From Podarcis erhardii (lineage: Eukaryota), in NCBI GenBank assembly GCA_964252035.1, contig OZ176215.1: a DNA stretch of 64,000 bases; one strand, 5' to 3'. The position numbers and the translations under genes were made by a program. Under the pieces are notes generated by a model. That model did not search any database and was not told where the DNA came from. It saw nothing but the letters and a program-made list of their open reading frames with translations. Each line of letters begins with the position of its first letter. Position 1 is the stretch's first letter. Shown here piece after piece: positions 20,483-34,232 of the stretch.

Positions 20483-21310
20483 ATATCACTGCAATTCTTT
20501 TATTTGTTTTTATTTTCTATTTCTCTATTCTGCCATGGAACCTAATGGTGAAGGGTGGGCAAGAATGCTTACTAATAAATAAACACAAATCTTGGGACTG
20601 CAAATTCCAGCTTACAAAATAAGAGTTAAAAATTTATTGAGATTCTTCAGTCTTTTTGCAAGCTGAAATAAGGAAATAGGTAACCCAGGATCAACAGGGA
20701 TGTTATATTCAGATCTTATGGATAGCAGATTTCTCTTGAGGGTCAATAAAACATTCCCTTGTTTGATGTGCATGGAGCCTTATTGTGTAGGATGTCCAAA
20801 TTAACATTCTCCTCCAACCCTTCCCCTTTCGTTCTGAATGGTTGATTTTAGATGAAAGGAAACAAGAGGAATGAAATAAATTCTGAGAGACAGAAAGCAG
20901 CACCAGATTAAAGGACACAGATGCATAAAGCTGAATGTTTGGATGGAGTGGTCCGTATGCCGCCATCAGAGAAGGCGGCATCAGCCACCTTTATTGGAAA
21001 CCTGATACATTGGAGAGAGTACACATGAATGGACAAAGCTGCCTTAAATGGAGACCGGCCACTGGTCCATCTAACCCATACTGTCTACTGTGACTGTCAA
21101 CAGCACTCCAGGGTCTCAGAGAGGGTTTTCCCAGTCACCTGCTACCCAGTGATCATTTTAACTGGAGATGTAAGTGGCTGAACTTGGGACCTTCTCCACG
21201 CAACCTGTGGGCCCTGTCATTACGCCCCTTCCAAAACACGGCAAGGGCAACTGATGACAAGCAATACAAATTTGACTTGACTGTATGCAACATTGGTTGT
21301 GAAAGCCCAC

Positions 21311-21460
21311 CTTCGATGCTAGCAGATGGAAGCTCACGCCCAGATAAACCCCGTGATCCTCTCCCTTCCATCATGTCATAGGTCCGTTTGATGCCCATGG
21401 CCTCGTGTGGGGCTCCAGAGTTTCTGTTGTTCTCTTTGGGACACTGTGCAACAGCACCAC
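21311..21460 (-). CDS. NCOR2: NCOR2 coding exon J (150 nt; GGAVAQCPKE...KRTYDMMEGR...SASIE)
   Basis: Acceptor cccccttcag|GT GGT; donor GAA G|gtgggc; phase 1-1. Confidence 0.95.
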
Positions 21461-23959
21461 CTGAAGGGGGAGTGGTAAAAGAAAGCAAAATAAGAGATGC
21501 ATGAACATCCAGGCGAAAGATTGCAAGACTGCGGCTCATGCTTAAGGCAGGACCTTGGCCGAGGGGAGTCTCCGAGGCCTCAGTCCAACATAACTCAACA
21601 GCTTTTGTAAACATTCCAATTTGGAGTCAATTCCCGGGAACCAAGTCATGTTTTCCCTCCCAACTTGCAATTCCAAATTTGGTGGCCTTGTGCTTAGATT
21701 CACCCCCAAACTTCCCTAGTGCCTGTCTCTAGCCAGCAGAACACTGCAAGTCAAATCCAGGCCTGGCAGAATTTGCCTTCGCCTTTGCTTTCTTCTCTAG
21801 AAGTAGCCCTTTGTGAATATAGTGGCCCTCCCTTATTTTCTTTATGGACTCCTTTAAGATCTCCCCAACCCCCGCATACTGCTCATCAGTCTGTGGAGAA
21901 AAGACAACTCAGAATCACTCCATATCAACCTGAACGCAAAGGGGGAACCTGCATTTCTCCCCCTCCGCCCCCAAATTTGAACCAACAGATGGGCTACAAC
22001 GCTCCAAGCTTAAAAAGCTGAAGGACGAAATTTGAGGAGGAAAAATAGCAGAACAAAGGGGGGGGGGACTACAAAGAGAGAGGCCAGTGCCGGGAACATG
22101 CTGTGCAGCCAGAGACCAGAATGATAGCAAGACATCTGCTGCGCCTGATATCCAAACCTCATGCAAGGGAATCTTATCTCTGCACAAGTTCCGAACTCTT
22201 TGCTTCCCTTCCGTGAGACCAATTCAGACAACCATTCTTATTTATAGAAGTTCAGATTTGCTGCACAGATGGTACTACAGTCTTTATCCATCTTACGAGA
22301 GACAACTGGCAGAGACCCAGCAGTGGTAACCCCAAGCAAACCTTGAAAACTACTCTAAAAACTCCTCCCAAGTTGAAAAAGCTGTATAGATTTTTTTCTG
22401 CAATAGCTACTGAAAGGGGCCATGTGTTCGCATGTGTGGCATAACAAGAGTGCAGACCATTACACCATAGGAACACTGAAATGAAGGAAGGTGCCCCTGA
22501 GTCAGGCCACTGGTCCATCAGAGTGAAGGCTACTCTGAGTTGGGCTGGTACTGAATACCACCCTTTGCTTCCCCTCTCACCCAGCAACCAAACAAGATAT
22601 GGGTGTGTGGAAGTAAGCTATTTGGGGTCATAAAAATGAAATTTCTGCCCAAGTTGCCAATTCTTCCTGCTTTTAACAGGCTCAAGTCATGCAGTCAGAG
22701 TTTAAAGGAGCTGAGTTTTGAAACACGCGGGGTGTGTATGTGCATTTCTACATCCTGTCATCAACAAACATCTGTGCTCCTCTTTTCTCCCTCTGCTCCC
22801 GAGCATGTTTATGGGAAAGGGGGGGGGGGCAAAAAGAGAAAGAAAAGGATTCTGTAAACATTTCCCTTCCCCACCGAAGAGCTATTAGCAATAAGAATAA
22901 CCAATCTTCTGCAATTCAGCTTACAGACACTGTAAGCTTTTGCCTCATTAGAGCTCTTTTCTTGGGAAGTATCACTGTGGCATCAATGTGTTGACAGTGC
23001 TCCCCCCTTCCTGTCCACCAGAACTCAATCACAGATTTATTTATTTTTAAGCTTCTCCCTTTCTCAATTCGACACTTCCGTCCTTACAGACTTTGCTAAA
23101 ATTCCAAAGAGGACTTTCAGATTTCAATGTCTTTCTTTTTAAAAATCCAACTGAGATTTTCTTCCTCTGAAGAGCCAGTGTCCATGTGGCCCAACAGGCT
23201 GGTGTTACTCACCCTTGTTTCAGCAAAAACCACCCACCAGGAAAGATGCCTAAACTGTTTTTATCCATGTTGACTCTGCCAAGAGATTTTTGGGTAACTC
23301 TTGGCCAAGTCTTTTGTTCAACACTTGCTATCTGGTTGGGGAAAAGTTAAAAGGCAAGAAAGGAAGAGGAACAAAAGATGCCTTATACATGATGCCAAGA
23401 ATTTCCCTGAAAAGACGGTGATGTATACTTTAAATGCTTATCCACAATTACTTTGCCCTGCTCTTTCCAGGCAGAGGTCTTCACTTTCACGCTCCATGTC
23501 TGAGTGGTTGTGGGTTGGGTTTTGGTTTTTTGCCTGAGCTTTCTCCACGAAATCCCGCTCAAAGCTGAATCAGAGCAAATGTCAATTCAGGTTCTCTGTG
23601 GATAACTGTTTGCTCCGATTCAGTTTTAAAGAGTTGGTTTTTGCAGGGAAAGCTCTGGAGCAAAAGAAGAAAAAGAAGAAAAATGCTCAGACACAGAGCT
23701 TTAAATAGCAGACTGTTCCTGGAAAGAGCAGCTGCCATTATTTATTTTATTATTTATTTAGCCTGTATCCTGCCCTTTTGCCCCAAAGGAACCCTGGGTA
23801 ACAGGGTCTCCACCCCTGGATTGGTAGCTTTAAGTACACACACAAACAATGGTGCCACCTTGCAGGAAATGCTGCACAGACTTTGCTAGGAATCCCAAAG
23901 TACAGCTGGGGTGACAGTGGCCAGATCGACACTCACAATCCACATGCATGAAGTCCACA

Positions 23960-24190
23960 GCAGAAAAGCTAAGGCCCAGCTGCACAGCCTGGGAACCATT
24001 TTGGACTCACAGCTGCCCATGGAGGCGCAGGTCAATTCTGTGTCCAGGGCAGCTGTTTATCAGCTCCATCTGGTACACAGAGACCCTACCTGTCTGCAGA
24101 CTGTTTCTGTTGGAAGCTGTCCAGAGTGGCTGGGGAAACCCAGCCAGATGGGCGGGGTATAAATAATAAATTATTATTATAATATTATTA
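23960..24190 (+). mobile_element. L2/CR1-clade LINE 3' fragment
   Basis: Peptide QLHSLGTILDSQLPMEAQVNSVSRAAVYQLHLV; same family as 49300-49390; ends ggggtataaataataaattattatt. Confidence 0.7.
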
Positions 24191-25700
24191 GGACCCTTGA
24201 CAATCCTCTTCTCCAGGTGAGGATACGAGCCCAGAACAAAGGTCTAAAAGCCGACCCTTCTCCTTTGGCAGCCAACATGGCAGTGCTGTTCACATGGCCC
24301 GGCTTTAGCTCTGCAGCCACGACAAGTGGAGGCAGATGGGAAAAATGTTACTGGGAAAGGAAGCCATCCATTTGGCGTGATGTGTAACCTGTAGGCATGG
24401 TGCAGCTGCTGATTTGTGAGAGAGATGCAGAAGGGCATATGGGGCAACACAGATTGGGATCTGGCTCTTACCTCTCAACTGTGCTCAGCACAAAAAGCGA
24501 TGCAGTCCATTAAAACAGATATTCATGAAATCACAGTTGCATCTTGCCATGCTTCCAGGTCAGGCAAGGCATTTGACATCACACACCATTGCCAATCTGC
24601 ATATTCTGCAGCCCTAGCACTCGCACTGTTGGGCCCAAAATATGGCCTGCAAGGTTTATCCCATTCATCGAGTATTCTGCCAACTGGGGCAAATCAAGAA
24701 GCAGCCCACTCTCTCAGCCTAACCTGCCAAATATTGGCTGACTGCCCTGGCTTCACTCTGACCAGAACTATACTTGCCTCTGGCTCTTGTAAATGTCTTC
24801 CATTAGGCATGACCTTACAAGGCCTGTCAGCAGGATTATAGGGAAGCAGGCAATCCTGCTATGCCTGGTCACCACAGGACCGTTCTCTCTACCTTTTGCA
24901 GCTTAATGGAAGCATGAGAAACAAGCGGGCAGGAGAGGTTCCCGTGGCCCATCTGGGCCCGTACTGCAGCCTGCTAGGTGAGGCTTGATTAATTCCCTCT
25001 GCTGCTTCTGACCTGCTGGGCTCCTTTGTGGTCTGCTTCAAAATTCAGTCAAAGAGGAAAGAGGCAGGAAATGCACACGCTCAAATGACTGCTAAGCTTT
25101 CTGAAAACAAAGCCATGTAGGCACACTAGGCCCCAAAGGTTTCTTTCCCGTGCTTGGAAGGGGCTTCTCTGTGATGGGTATGTCAATAGGTTCTCCAAAA
25201 AATCACATTGTTCTGATTCAGACATAACACTAAACCACAGCAAGAGCCTTATGAGCAGATTGGAAACAATCTCTCCCTGGTTTAAATGAAATACAGTCTG
25301 TTGATATGTCTGGACTGTGAAATGTGGTTAGTCTCTAAACCATGGTGTATTGAAATAAGTTGGGACTGGAAACCATGGTTTGATCTTGGCTTGTTTGAAT
25401 AAACAATACTTTAAAAAACGCCAGAGTTTGTCTTTGCCAGATATACTGACAAACCAAAGTTATAATTTTAACTGGAAGCAGAAACTTCCAATCTCCTCTT
25501 ATAGCACTAGTTGAGGGAGAAGGGAGGGTTTGAGCAAGAAACTCAAGCACACCTTAGTGTTATGTCTGAGCTGGGCTAATATTACTAACCCCTTTGCCAC
25601 TCCTATATAACATATCCTGCCTCATTTTCAAGGGATGCTACTGGCTCCGTCATGCAAAGCCTTCTCTCACAAGTGCTGCCAGAGAGGAATTTTGACTCAC

Positions 25701-25851
25701 CATCGTAGGTCAGGACATGTCCCTTCTTCCCCTCGTAAATGACGTGTCCCTTGGGCAAGGCGTCCTCTCTCACTTTCTCCGCTCTGCTGGGGCTGTCTTC
25801 TCCGATTATCCTGGTAATGGTTCCTTTGTACAGCACTTCGGCTGGGGTACC
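25701..25851 (-). CDS. NCOR2: NCOR2 coding exon I (151 nt; GTPAEVLYKGTITRIIGEDSPSR...GHVIYEGKKGHVLTYD)
   Basis: Acceptor ctttccaag|GGT; donor GAT G|gtgagt. Confidence 0.97.
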
Positions 25852-28800
25852 CTTGGAAAGAGACCAAGATCCATATTTAACAGTGTCATAAACAATTAAG
25901 GCAGAAGCAGAGTGGGAATGTGAGCGCGCGCGCGTGCACACGTGCACACACACACACACAGATGAACACACTGTTCCAACAGACAAGCTGGACAAAGGGG
26001 AGAAAGACAAGCAAACTCCATCCTGCAATGCCACTTGCTGTCACAACCAACAGATATGTACAGCTTAATTATTGATGGGCACAATAACTGTGGCCTGAGT
26101 TTTGTCCAGGACAGTGGGGGGTAGGGGGGGTGGCGAAGGTTAAGTGTTTCATCTTAGGTTGCTGGGAAGAGATGAGGTGAGAGGAAGATGGAAATGACAG
26201 GCACCACAATTCAAGAAGATGGTGCGAGCCTGAGACCTGGTACGGCAGATTTTCTGTATGTGAAGCTGAAATGGATGCCAACACCCACGCACACCCACAC
26301 CTCTCCAGGTTTCTTTGATTTCTTCCTTCTCCCTGCACTGACCCTGAACCTCTGTATTGTAGAAAGGGACCAGTTGGGATTTACGCCTTTGTGCATTTCA
26401 AAAATCAGCTTCTATTAGTCATAGTTGGGACACACCTTTGAATGTGTGGAAGCAAATGCCTCTTAAAAGAGGAATCTGCTGTGTGCTAAGTCAGGTCATT
26501 GGCCTAGCTCCTCCAGTCGTTCTCAAGCTGGTGCCATCCAGATACTTTGGACTACAAATCTCATCAGCTGCAGCCACCTTCCCAGTCTGGGTGCCTGAGA
26601 GCCTCTTGTCTGAGTTGCTGAGAGTAAAATCTGGGCCACGGGGTATGCACTGAGTTCTGGTCCTACCCACCGCCACCCACAATTTGCACAGGAGTAGAGG
26701 AGTTGTGCTTAGAGGAAGCTCTCTGGAGGCCCACCTTCCCTAGCAATTATTGATTTGGGGAAAGGAATAAAAGGACCATAGAATTGTAGAGCTGGCCCAA
26801 GGGGGGCACAGGTGAAAAACACATAAATGGGGGGCAACGGCACGAGACTAGGGGGCCACAGTGGGAAGTGAGAAGTGAAGAAAACACAGAAGAACAGAGT
26901 AGAGTGAAGAGAAAGTGACCATGCTTTCCAGTGGATGGAGCACCCATGCGCACTTTGCAGCAACGTCCCTTCCTCTTCCTTCTCCCTCCCATTTTCGCAC
27001 TCCATGCTGCCTGCATCTCCTTTGTCACGGGCAAGGTGCGTGGGTGAAGCAGGGTTACTGGGGGGGGCTGTTTCTTTGTGCAAGTATTACTGTGAAAGGA
27101 GGTGATCTGTGGGTATCCCTCACAGCAATATAACCGGATATAAAGAAGCCTTTTTTCTTGTCACCAAGCACAAGGGTCGCATTGATTGAGAAATCAATTT
27201 TGATGTAATTGTATTTTGCATACATTATAAAAATTATAAATAAAACATGTTCTATTTACAAACAAAACATTTCTACCGGTAGGACAGGGGGCCACAGGAA
27301 GGAAACAAGGTCAAAAAGGGGTCACGGTTGGAAAAAGGTTAAGAAACACTGATCTAGTCCAGCCCCCCTGCAATGCAGGAATCTTTTGCCCAGTGTGGGG
27401 CTCAAACCCATGAGATTAAGTCTCATGATCTACCGATGTATTCTAGAAAAATATTTGTTTGTTTATTTAAAAGCATTTCTATATTGCTTAATATCTCTAA
27501 TGAGTGCATAGTCTAAAATACAAACAGTATATAATTAAAACAGAACCACAACCTAAAACCAGTAGCACAGCAATATAAAAACTCATAAAACCATATAGAA
27601 ATGAATAAAGCAGAAATCATAAGACTCAATCATGTAAAAACAGGGTTGAATCTTATGGCTCAAGTTGTCTAAAGATACTTGTGGCTGTTGCAGAAGGAAG
27701 GACATTCCACAAAGACACCCCTTGCTTCCTTATTCACAATCCCAGGCACAGATTTGAGATCACACCTTGCCCTCTTCGGGCATCAAATCTAGGTAAGTGA
27801 AGAGTACCAGAATGCATTCTTATGTATAAGTGGCTTTTGGGGGGGGGGCAGCAGCTAGGCCGCGTATTTTAATCCTACCCCTCCTTGATTCAGGAAGACA
27901 TATCAGGTGAGCGGATTGCTGAGCTACCGGGATGATTGCTTGGAGAACATGTTTGTCTTTACAAGGAACTGATGGCTCCAGGGGGTAAGGCTAAAGGAAT
28001 GGAGACTGGAAAGAGATGAACAATGCCCAGCCAGGACTCAAGACACAGAACCAGAAAGAAGCAATCAAGAATATCTTAACACATCGCTGAAGGTTGCTCT
28101 GAGAGCTTCCCTGTTCAGTGTAAATGGAGTGTGCTGTTCCTAGGCAAGAGGCACAACGGCGCTGTTTTCAGTACCTCGCCTGTTAGCCCAGCTTGACTGA
28201 AAACATTTGGTGGCAGCTTTCTACACCTTCAGCTGAACCTCCCCTTTCCAGCAGATGTGCTCAGAGGGGATTTGAAAAGAGAGGGGTGGCAGGTGGCTGT
28301 GGAGAACACAACTCGCCTTTAAGCATCTGCATTCTGCACATGCGGCTTATGAATGGGTACTATTGGCTGTCGCAGCCAAGCAACAAGAAACCATGATTAG
28401 CCCTGGAGGATGTTGGGTGGGTGGGTGGGTGTGCACACACACAACACTGTGCGCAAGAGGGCACTGCCAATCTAAAGTCCTTCTGTGTAGGAAACAGTGT
28501 GCAAATGTACATAAATCACCATGTGTATTAAGTGCCTAACACAAAGCCTTTCATTACATGGACATGTGATGTATATGTATCGGGAAGTTGGAAGCACAAT
28601 GGGGGCTTCATTTCACCCAACAAAATATACATGTGCCTGCAAAATAAGCACAGAAAATGTTCAGTGAAGGAATTCTGTTGCATTAAGGTGCTGTAGCAAA
28701 GCATTAAGTGCTGTAGAAAAGATTAGCAACCACCTTCAACTCCAACTTGAGACGCACAATAATTTGCTACTCCCCCCCCCTCCCAGCAGCTGAAGTAGCA

Positions 28801-29215
28801 GGGAGAAAGATAATGGAGGGGGGAGCTACCAAGAGAGGGAGAGAATGACAGAAAGAGACAGAGAGAGGACTGGAAGGCATCCCAAGCTGAGCAGAACTGT
28901 TGAAGACTGCCTCAAGGCAGGGAGCCAGCTGAGTCGCTTAGCCAAACCAGCATTGTGAATGTCAGCGCCTTGCAAGTGACGTCTAAGCACCCATTAATGG
29001 ATCAGTTCTGAGCCCCAGATCCACCCCCCACCCCCCGCACACACACTCCTGCAAAGGCAGAGTTGTTCTACATGGGACAGAAATCCTCCATCCTTGGTCA
29101 GCACATTGAGTTTGAGGAAGTAAGATAGGATCAATAGCATTTAAACCTGAATGCAAATCTTAATGGTTGGGGTGTGACATTGGCAATTTAAGAACCAGTA
29201 GGTGTGAATGATTAA

Positions 29216-29575
29216 TGTGGGTGGCGCTGTGGGTTAAACCACAGAGCCTAGGACTTGCTGATCAGAAGCTCGGTGGTTCGAATCCCCACGACGGGGTGAG
29301 CTCCCGTTACTCGGTCCCTACTCCTGCCCACCTAGCAGTTCGAAAGCACGTCAAAGTGCAAGTAGATAAATAGGTACCACTCTGGCGGGAAGGTAAACAG
29401 CGTTTCCATGCGCTGCTCTAGTTCACCAGAAGTGGCTTAGTCATGCTGGTCACATGACCTGGAAAAACTGCCTGCGGACAAATGCGGCTCTCCTGGCCAG
29501 TAAAGCAAGAAGATGAGCGCCGCAACTCCAGAGTTGTTTGCAACTGGACCTAACAGTCAGGGGTCCTTTACCTTT
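29216..29575 (+). mobile_element. Near full-length Sauria SINE
   Basis: gtgggtggcgctgtgggttaaaccacagagcc...ggttcgaatccc...ggtcctttacctt; perfect 17-bp TSD taggtgtgaatgattaa (29199-29215, 29576-29592). Confidence 0.93.
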
Positions 29576-31401
29576 TAGGTGTGAATGATTAAGGGGTTAA
29601 AGCACTTCAAGTGCTATAGTTTTGAGCTGATGCGCAGTTTTCAGTATTTTTTAAAACCAGCATTAGACTAAAAGGAAGCCAACCTCAGCCATTATTATTT
29701 GCCTCTGCCGTCTTCTGCAACCCAGTGCCCTCCGCTTGTTTTGGGCAGCAGCTTCACCCCTGCTAGCAAGCACATCAGAAGAGCCGAGGGACACCTGGTT
29801 GGAGGAGGCGGAGCAAGTGCAGTTCTGGATCTCCCAGTGACAGGCCTTCTAGCAGCAGCTGAGCTCTTATTTATCCTTCCCAGATAAGGAGCCCAAAGTG
29901 AGGGCAGAGGAATCCAGAATGTTTATAAAGCAGCTTTATAGATCTGAACACCAGCCAGTGAAAAATCTCTAAGGGAAACGGATTCTCTCTGCTCAGTTTC
30001 CAGATAAAGCAATAACTCAGCAGCCCAAAGTGATCACCCACTTGGCAGGGATTCTGCTGCTGGAGATGACAGATGGGAGTCGGAACTCGCTGGTGTGTGT
30101 GTGTGTGTGTCCCCGAGGGACAACGCCTGGAAGAAGACCCAACCCATCTGGCAGCCCACTCTGTTTCCCTTGACTACTAAATGATACACTGATTTGGGGA
30201 GAGGGGTTTTAGGAGCCGCCAAGCCTTTACCCACATTAGTGGCAGACCAAAGCCAGAGAGCCGTAAAAGAATGGCTCCTTGCCCGCCTTGTTCCTTTCGC
30301 ATTTCCTCACAGAGCCTCGTCTACTTCTCAGGCTAACAAGGCAGGGGCGGACCCGGGAGTAGGTGGGGGCCTGTTACACACATTGTTCTCTTTCTGTGCC
30401 AATTCAGAATGTCAGTATTTCAATAAATCAGAGAGGGAGGGCAGAGCCTGGTACAAGCAACTGGTTATCATTTGTGCTGCTCAAGTTGTACCTCTCCAGA
30501 ACATAAATGAAACTTTATAAGGAATAATAAAAACAAGACCCAGGTCCACTTCAGTAAGTCACTGTGAGGTTTATAATTGCAACATGAGAAAAAATATATA
30601 TTTACACATGCACTTCCAAGGAATAACAATTCCTAGAATATCAATATTGCTAGTAGAAATTATGCAATAAAAACTGAAATAAATTATTTTATCAACTTGT
30701 AAACTGCCTTGGGTGTTTCAGATGGAGAAAGGTGGGAGAGATTTATTTATTTTAGTCATTTACATGCCACCCAACAAAATAAGTTCAAGGGGCAGTTTAT
30801 AACAGGATTGTAGTTTGTCCTACTTAGGACACAACCTGCTAACATTCCTTTTCATGAAGACGCTCCAAAGAATGGAACTTCATCCTATGCCTAATCCAAG
30901 CATCTGGTTTTGGCCACAAATAGATGCATTTACCCTCCGACGGCACGAGAGAAGCAGAATTTCCAGCCAAGAAAGCATCGCTCCTAAGCTTATGAGGCAA
31001 GAGTGCACCAAGTTAAATGTTGCAGTTAGAACGATTGTGGGATGCTCCTCTTGACACATCCACCTCCCTGCCCTGTGCCCTTCAGCAAGGTTGGTGCACT
31101 CTGTTCTATCAGGCTTCTCAAGCCTTTTCACATTGAGTTGGACTGGATGACCCTCAGGCTCACTTCCAACTCTAGAATTCTACGGTCTTCCATCTGTCAG
31201 CAAACTCCCATGTGTTGTTCAGCCTTGACCTAGGCCCCTTGGGCTCCACAGCCTCTCTGCACAAATGGAGAAATGCACTCAAGTACACAGGTCTCCCACA
31301 TGGCAGGGGAAGGTGGACAAGCGCTTTCTCAGGGAAGCTTGCCTCCTGAGGAAGTTCCAACCCAATTTTCACTGACCCCTGGAAGCAGAGAAGAGACCTA
31401 C

Positions 31402-31505
31402 GTGTGTGATGGATCCTCGATACGTGATGGGAGACTCCGATGGCGGCCGTGGGCTTGGCGTGCCTTTCGTGATGCTGCCTCCCGACAACGAGCCCAGGGA
31501 TGTTC
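31402..31505 (-). CDS. NCOR2: NCOR2 coding exon H (104 nt; GTSLGSLSGGSITKGTPSPRPPSESPITYRGSITH)
   Basis: Acceptor tatcctgcag|GA ACA; donor ACA CAC|gtaggt. Confidence 0.96.
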
Positions 31506-32542
31506 CTGCAGGATACAACCATGTCAAAAATGCTGCCAGCCCAGGCACTGCAAATGAAGGCACTGGCGGATAGGGTGGTGCTTTTAGACAGGGAAACTTT
31601 TTTTCAGTTTTTTCTAAGGACCGCATCAGCACCCGGGCAACCTCCTGAGGGCCACATGCCAGCAGTGGGCGTGGCCAGAAGTAAAAAGGGGCAGGGCAAT
31701 GGGTGTAAATTTCTGGTTTCTACACACCCTTCTCTGCTCTCCCGTTCAGGCAGCCAAGACTTCAAGGGCCCATTCTAGACAGGCGAATACACTCAGGGGA
31801 ATGAAGCAGAAGCAGTTGGGGGGGGGGCCTGGAGAGGACAGAGGCCTGGGGAGCTGCAACTGGCCCCCATGCCTGAGAGCCCCCGGCCCCACCCCTGCTT
31901 TTAACATTTGCCAGTTTCTAGGGCGCTTCGGGCCACTTGGGGGGTCAGGTGACATTTAGGAAGAAACAATTTAGCTATGGACGTTTCCCTGTTTGAACTC
32001 CTCTGATGCACGCAGGCAAGGCCACTCTTGGTCCAGTATGCCAGACAAAAACAGCGTCCAACCGGCCGTATAAGCCATGCAAACAGCTCCTTGGAGCAGC
32101 AAGGTTTTCAGGGACACTGAAGAAACATTGGGAAGGACTTCAGCTCAGCGGGGAAGTATCTATCTGCTTTGCATGCCGAAGGGTCCCCAGTTCACCCCCA
32201 GCATCTCCAGGCAGGCAGGGCAGAATAAAACCAGCAGCTCTCCTGAAATCCTGGAGAGCTGCTGGTTTTATTTTCTGTATTTTTATGTTGTGAACCACTC
32301 TGGGATCTTTGGATGAAAGCTGGTATACAAATAATAGCAATAATAATGATGATGATGATGATGATGATGTTCTGATTCAGCATAAGGCGGCCTCCTATGT
32401 TTCCAAGAATCCTGTGCAACGCCATCAAAAATGCTGGGATGCAACTCTCAAGACTGTACATGGCAGCTTCAGAGAGGGACGCTGCAAGTGACCCCCCGCC
32501 CAGGGAATAAGAACCTCAGGCGGCACAGTGCCACTGCCTCAC

Positions 32543-32647
32543 CCCGAAGGACGGAGTTCTCCTGCGACGTCTGCACGACTAAGCTTTCTGGTTGGCCAGC
32601 CTGGCTCCGCGGAGAGAGCTGCTCCTGCTTCACTCCAGGGAAAGGCA
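32543..32647 (-). CDS. NCOR2: NCOR2 coding exon G (105 nt; VPFPGVKQEQLSPRSQAGQPESLVVQTSQENSVLR)
   Basis: Translated by hand. Acceptor gttttctag|TG CCT; donor CGG G|gtgagg; phase 1-1. Confidence 0.95.
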
Positions 32648-32862
32648 CTAGAAAACATTAACATATCATGCAGCCATGTTACAGTGCCAGAACAGGAGTG
32701 GACTGGGGGTGGGGGCAGCTGTCAGGCTGCTTCCTGCCGTAATTTTTCAATATTCATTAACTGTGAAGTCTCTCTTCCAGCTGCCAGCTGTGGCTCTGGT
32801 GCCGACATCTGCATGCCCCACCCCTGCAGTCCAACAGAATGGGGAATGTTATGGCGTCTTAC

Positions 32863-32968
32863 CCAGCTTCTTGGGGTCCACAGTCAGAGGAAGGCCCATG
32901 CCGATGGAGCCAATGGGGACTTTTGCATGCTCGGAGCTGAATGGAGTGTGGAGCTGGATAGGCACCCC
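32863..32968 (-). CDS. NCOR2: NCOR2 coding exon F (106 nt; GVPIQLHTPFSSEHAKVPIGSIGMGLPLTVDPKKL)
   Basis: Not in ORF track; translated by hand. Acceptor gcctttcag|GGG; donor CTG G|gtaaga. Confidence 0.95.
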
Positions 32969-33777
32969 CTGAAAGGCACATCAAAGGGTGTTGTTACAGG
33001 GGAACAAGAGCGACAGGTGCAAGTACCAAAGTAGCTCTGCTGTCACACCTTCTGAAATAAGTCATTACTGCTGCAGTTTGATATTTCATTCATGGAAAGA
33101 GGGTGCTAGGTTCTGCATAGAGGCAATGGAGGACTGATGGGACAAGGATTGAGGGCAAGGATAAAGCTGGATAACACCAACCACATGAAACAGTCCAGGC
33201 AGCCTTTAGTTTATACTACTGTTTGCACAAGCATTTTCCCACAGTCACCTGGAAACTGATTATGGGTTTTGGTGGACCATTTAGGGCTTATTCACACTTA
33301 CCTTTCCTCCACTCTTTGCAGGCACAGTCCATAATACAAAGCTACAGGTCAATGAGCCTTTTTTTTGCTCTGGAGTTTTTCCCATTAAAACTTGCTCTTT
33401 AAAGCTCATTTGGAGGAAACAACCATGGAAAACCCAAACTGATGTTTGTTCCGATTCAGCTTTAAAGAATGGATTTTTGTGGGGAACCCTTGGTGCAAAA
33501 AACCCAAAACAGAATAAAAACTCTTGGACATGGAGCATTAAAAGCACAGACCTCTGCCTGGGAAAAATGGGAAATGTTATTGCATTCTGCAGGATTCAAA
33601 TTGCAGTACAATAAAATGCAATCTAAACAATAAAAGAAGTAGAAAACACACAGTTAAAGATCAATGAGAATGTTTAATGCAATGAATGCGCTGCTTGTTT
33701 TCAGTCACAAATTGACAGACACACTGCAGACCTCCTAACGGAACCTCATGGACAACTGTTGGTCTAGGAAGCACAAT

Positions 33778-33884
33778 GTGGAGGCTTGACAACCATATGT
33801 CAGGAGTGCTCTGATGGTGTTTCCTGCTTGGCAGGGGGTTGGACTCGATGGCCCTTGTGGTCTCTTCCAACTCTATGATTCTAC
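33778..33884 (+). mobile_element. CR1 LINE 3' end
   Basis: ...ggactcgatggcccttgtggtctcttccaactctatgattcta; near-identical to reverse copy at 46783-46890. Confidence 0.85.
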
Positions 33885-34232
33885 TTTTAATCCATATTCC
33901 TAAATGCAACCAAGGATGTAAATACATGGCAACAATGTCTGTCCTGATTCGTGCTAGCCTCCCTTGGTCTCTCCCTCTTTCCCATCCCTGTTGCTTTCCT
34001 CACTGTCTGTTTCAGACTGGAAGCTGCTTGGGGGCAGGGACCTGTCTAATTTTTGCCTATGAAGTTCTGCAAGGTGCTGTTAATACACAGATGACATTTA
34101 GTCTCTTACACCACTACCCCTCCCCTGCTGATACTCTTTGTCTGGGAGAATCTATAAAGATCAGAGCTGCCATGAAAGGACCTGCCTAGCAAAAGGAATG
34201 TCTTCCACATGCCCTGACACCTGAGCCTTTAC

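Noticed and set aside
32140-32340. Possible NCOR2 exon between F and H
   Set aside because: Sequence is SINE/LINE-derived; the true exon G is at 32543-32647.
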